Below, in pieces: positions 30,141 through 32,000 of a stretch of DNA of 32,000 nt; position 1 is the first letter of the stretch; each line of letters starts with the position of its first letter. The stretch spans positions 1,470,001 to 1,502,000 of the forward strand of contig NZ_LT906458.1 of the NCBI RefSeq assembly GCF_900187275.1, in the 5' to 3' direction. The stretch is from Pasteurella multocida. GTDB lineage: Bacteria > Pseudomonadota > Gammaproteobacteria > Enterobacterales > Pasteurellaceae. Both the position numbers and the translations under genes were made by a program. The notes under the pieces were generated by a model. The model was not told the origin of the DNA. It did not search any database and saw nothing but the letters and a program-made list of their open reading frames with translations.

Positions 30141-30163
30141 CTGAAACGCCATCACATCAATGG

Positions 30164-30376
30164 TTAAATAGGTTGTACATCAAAACCTGCATTTTCCACC
30201 ACATCAATTAACTGAGCAATGGACACGCGATTGGTGTCATATTGAATTGTGACACAAGCGTGCTCTAAATTCACGTCCACTTGTGTTACGCCGTCTAACC
30301 CATTCAATACACGCTCTACGGTTTTGACACAACCACCACAGTGCATCCCCTCAATATTCAGTGTCACAGTTTGCAT
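30164..30376 (-). CDS. copZ: Heavy-metal-associated domain copper chaperone CopZ
   Basis: MQTVTLNIEGMHCGGCVKTVERVLNGLDGVTQVDVNLEHACVTIQYD, 70 aa HMA domain. Confidence 0.92.
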   Translation of the reverse strand: MQTVTLNIEGMHCGGCVKTVERVLNGLDGVTQVDVNLEHACVTIQYDTNRVSIAQLIDVVENAGFDVQPI

Positions 30377-30460
30377 GAGGTCTTCCTCCTTGTTTTTATG
30401 TTAGCAAATTGAATAACAAAACGGCTTTAACAATGACCACACTGTGCTTACACAGCAATG

Positions 30461-30931
30461 TTATTGAAAAAGTTTCATGAATTTATCACCAAAGAAAAAA
30501 ATAATTAACCCAATACCAACAATCACTATCCCAATAAACTTGAACAAGTTCACTTCGCGCACTGGCATATGAATCAGACCATAATGGTCAATCACCATCG
30601 CCGCAATTAATTGACCCACAATAATAAAAAACAACATATTGGTAATGCCCATTTTGGGAGAAAGTAAAATCGTGGTAAAGACGACTAATGCGCCTAACGC
30701 ACCGCCAATATATTTCCACCAAGCATGTTGTGTTGCGCTAGAAAGATGACCAATTAAATCCGTTTTTAATAACGAAATCACCAGCAATAATAAGGTACCT
30801 GTCCCAAAAGAAATAAAAGTAGCAACCAAAGGCTCATTGCCCATGGCTTTGGCAAGCTGTGAATTTATCGCCGCTTGAGAAGCTAAGGCAACCCCCGCTA
30901 CCAGTGCAATAATAGTATAAAAAACAAACAT
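30461..30931 (-). CDS. DMT family transporter (DUF606/YdcZ-like)
   Basis: MFVFYTIIALVAGVALASQAAINSQLAKAMGNEPLVATFISFGTGTLLLL...; multi-TM. Confidence 0.85.
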   Translation of the reverse strand: MFVFYTIIALVAGVALASQAAINSQLAKAMGNEPLVATFISFGTGTLLLLVISLLKTDLIGHLSSATQHAWWKYIGGALGALVVFTTILLSPKMGITNMLFFIIVGQLIAAMVIDHYGLIHMPVREVNLFKFIGIVIVGIGLIIFFFGDKFMKLFQ

Positions 30932-30971
30932 AACTCACCTAAAAAATCAAAATGTGTCTTATTGTAACGAG

Positions 30972-30998
30972 ATTATAGGGGAGTGCAAACGTTTAATC
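30972..30998. promoter_or_regulatory. PurR-like operator core next to the minus-strand -10 TATAAT of the DMT gene
   Basis: GCAAACGTTT at 30985-30994 vs PurR consensus ACGCAAACGTTTGCGT; TATAAT on minus at 30977-30972. Confidence 0.4.
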
Positions 30999-31009
30999 AG
31001 TAAACAAAC

Positions 31010-31037
31010 TTGCATTCTGCTGTGAAATCCGTATGAT
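31010..31037 (+). promoter_or_regulatory. Sigma70-type promoter candidate for yhhQ
   Basis: TTGCAT (31010-31015) N16 TATGAT (31032-31037). Confidence 0.55.
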
Positions 31038-31075
31038 CAGCCCCTCGCCAATGGCGAAAGACAATCAATTTTCTG

Positions 31076-31113
31076 TATTGGGTTCCCTCACCCCAAATTT
31101 CAATTAAAAAGGT
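31076..31113 (+). ncRNA. preQ1-I-type riboswitch (H-type pseudoknot) overlapping the yhhQ Shine-Dalgarno
   Basis: TTGGG-TTCCCTCA-C-CCCAA-ATTTCAATTAAAAAGG; P1 31078-31082/31092-31096, A-rich tail and GG (31111-31112) able to pair with loop CC; directly precedes a queuosine-precursor transporter. Confidence 0.8.
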
Positions 31114-31119
31114 GCAACA

Positions 31120-31827
31120 ATGAAAAATACATTTTCGATCTTTAATGATCAACAAACACGTCGTGCGTTAATCCTCTTGAGCTTTTTTCATATTCTGACT
31201 ATCGCCGCCAGTAACTATTTGGTACAGATTCCCTTTGAAATCACGCTTCCACTGAGTCAGCTCGGTACACGTGAAGATTTTAGTTTTCACAGTACTTGGG
31301 GCACATTGACCTTTCCTTTTATTTTCTTAGCCACTGATTTAACTGTACGTATTTTTGGTGCAAAAGAAGCACGCTGGATTATTTTTGTGGTCATGATCCC
31401 CGCATTAGTGATAAGTTATGTGATTTCTACCCTGTTCCAAGATACACAATATCAAGGTCTAAATGCATTAGCGCATTTTAATACTTTTGTCTTCCGTATT
31501 GCGGTTGCCAGTTTCTTTGCTTATGTTTTTGGTCAACTCTTAGACGTGTTAGTCTTTAACCGTTTACGCCAATTAAAAACTTGGTGGATTGCTCCAAGTA
31601 GTTCCATGATTTTTGGTTCCATGGCAGACACATTCCTCTTCTTTGCAATCGCATTTTATGCCAGCAGTGACCCGTTTATGGCGGAGCATTGGGCGGCATT
31701 AGGCTTTGTGGATTATTTATTTAAACTGTTTGTTGGCATCATCTTATTTGTACCGGCTTACGGTGTGGTGCTCAATTTTATTTTACGTAAAATCCAAGCG
31801 CTCAATGCACAGCCACAAGTTGCTTAA
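31120..31827 (+). CDS. yhhQ: Queuosine precursor transporter YhhQ (COG1738/VUT family)
   Basis: RALILLSFFHILTIAASNYLVQIPFEI...FHSTWGTLTFPFIFLATDLTVRIFGAKEARWII...; six TM helices. Confidence 0.92.
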   Translation: MKNTFSIFNDQQTRRALILLSFFHILTIAASNYLVQIPFEITLPLSQLGTREDFSFHSTWGTLTFPFIFLATDLTVRIFGAKEARWIIFVVMIPALVISYVISTLFQDTQYQGLNALAHFNTFVFRIAVASFFAYVFGQLLDVLVFNRLRQLKTWWIAPSSSMIFGSMADTFLFFAIAFYASSDPFMAEHWAALGFVDYLFKLFVGIILFVPAYGVVLNFILRKIQALNAQPQVA

Positions 31828-31840
31828 CTTGGAGTATAAA

Positions 31841-31867
31841 AAATGCCACAACGATTGTGGCATTTTT
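31841..31867. terminator. Bidirectional intrinsic terminator between yhhQ and the convergent kinase gene
   Basis: AAATGCCACAA CGA TTGTGGCATTT TT, 11 bp stem. Confidence 0.88.
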
Positions 31868-31881
31868 CTAACACGCTAAAT

Positions 31882-32000
31882 TTAACTGGTAATCCAAAGC
31901 GGAATACATAAAGTGACACAAAGTCCCCCAAGCTGACTAGCATTTGCCCACACCGCACCGTGATGCTCTTTAACGACGTTAGCAACAATGGCTAAACCTA
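31882..32000 (-). CDS. C-terminal end of a sensor histidine kinase (truncated by window edge)
   Basis: Reverse translation GLAIVANVVKEHHGAVWANASQLGGLCVTLCIPLWITS*, the G2-box end of a HATPase_c domain; possibly CpxA-like. Confidence 0.75.
   Translation of the reverse strand, partial: GLAIVANVVKEHHGAVWANASQLGGLCVTLCIPLWITS

Noticed and set aside
30377-30460. CueR operator upstream of copZ
   Set aside because: No ACCTTCC/GGAAGGT-type dyad with MerR-family promoter spacing could be identified
1-32000. Hidden novel defence, phage or secretion system
   Set aside because: Nearly all of the window is filled by recognised housekeeping genes; no cluster of unknown ORFs, integrase, transposase, tRNA insertion site or composition break was visible by eye

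Overview
This is a conserved core-genome segment from a Pasteurellaceae bacterium, Pasteurella multocida-like by gene content and by dense Haemophilus-type uptake signal sequences (AAGTGCGGT). No phage, transposon, CRISPR, toxin-antitoxin or defence island, rRNA or tRNA is recognisable, and I found no convincing novel multi-gene system. Gene order: rlmH (partial), rsfS, rhlB, rho, a DUF2167 membrane protein, dcuB, the fatty-acid/phospholipid cluster yceD-rpmF-plsX-fabH-fabD-fabG-acpP (minus strand), oppABCDF, an alpha-carbonic anhydrase lipoprotein, the biotin operon bioA-F-G-C-D, psd, an FKBP isomerase, proB, the split ThrE-type exporter yjjP/yjjB, folA, copA/copZ, a DUF606/DMT transporter, yhhQ (queuosine precursor transporter), and the 3' end of a histidine kinase. 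The most interesting signals are non-coding: (1) a compact preQ1-I-like riboswitch/pseudoknot that would sequester the yhhQ ribosome binding site; (2) a PurR-like operator in the divergent DMT/yhhQ promoter region; (3) inverted uptake-signal pairs acting as terminators, including one between oppA and oppB; (4) an FNR-like box upstream of dcuB; (5) a GTTAC/GTAAC repeat cluster before acpP; (6) hairpins in the rhlB/rho and copZ/copA intergenic regions.
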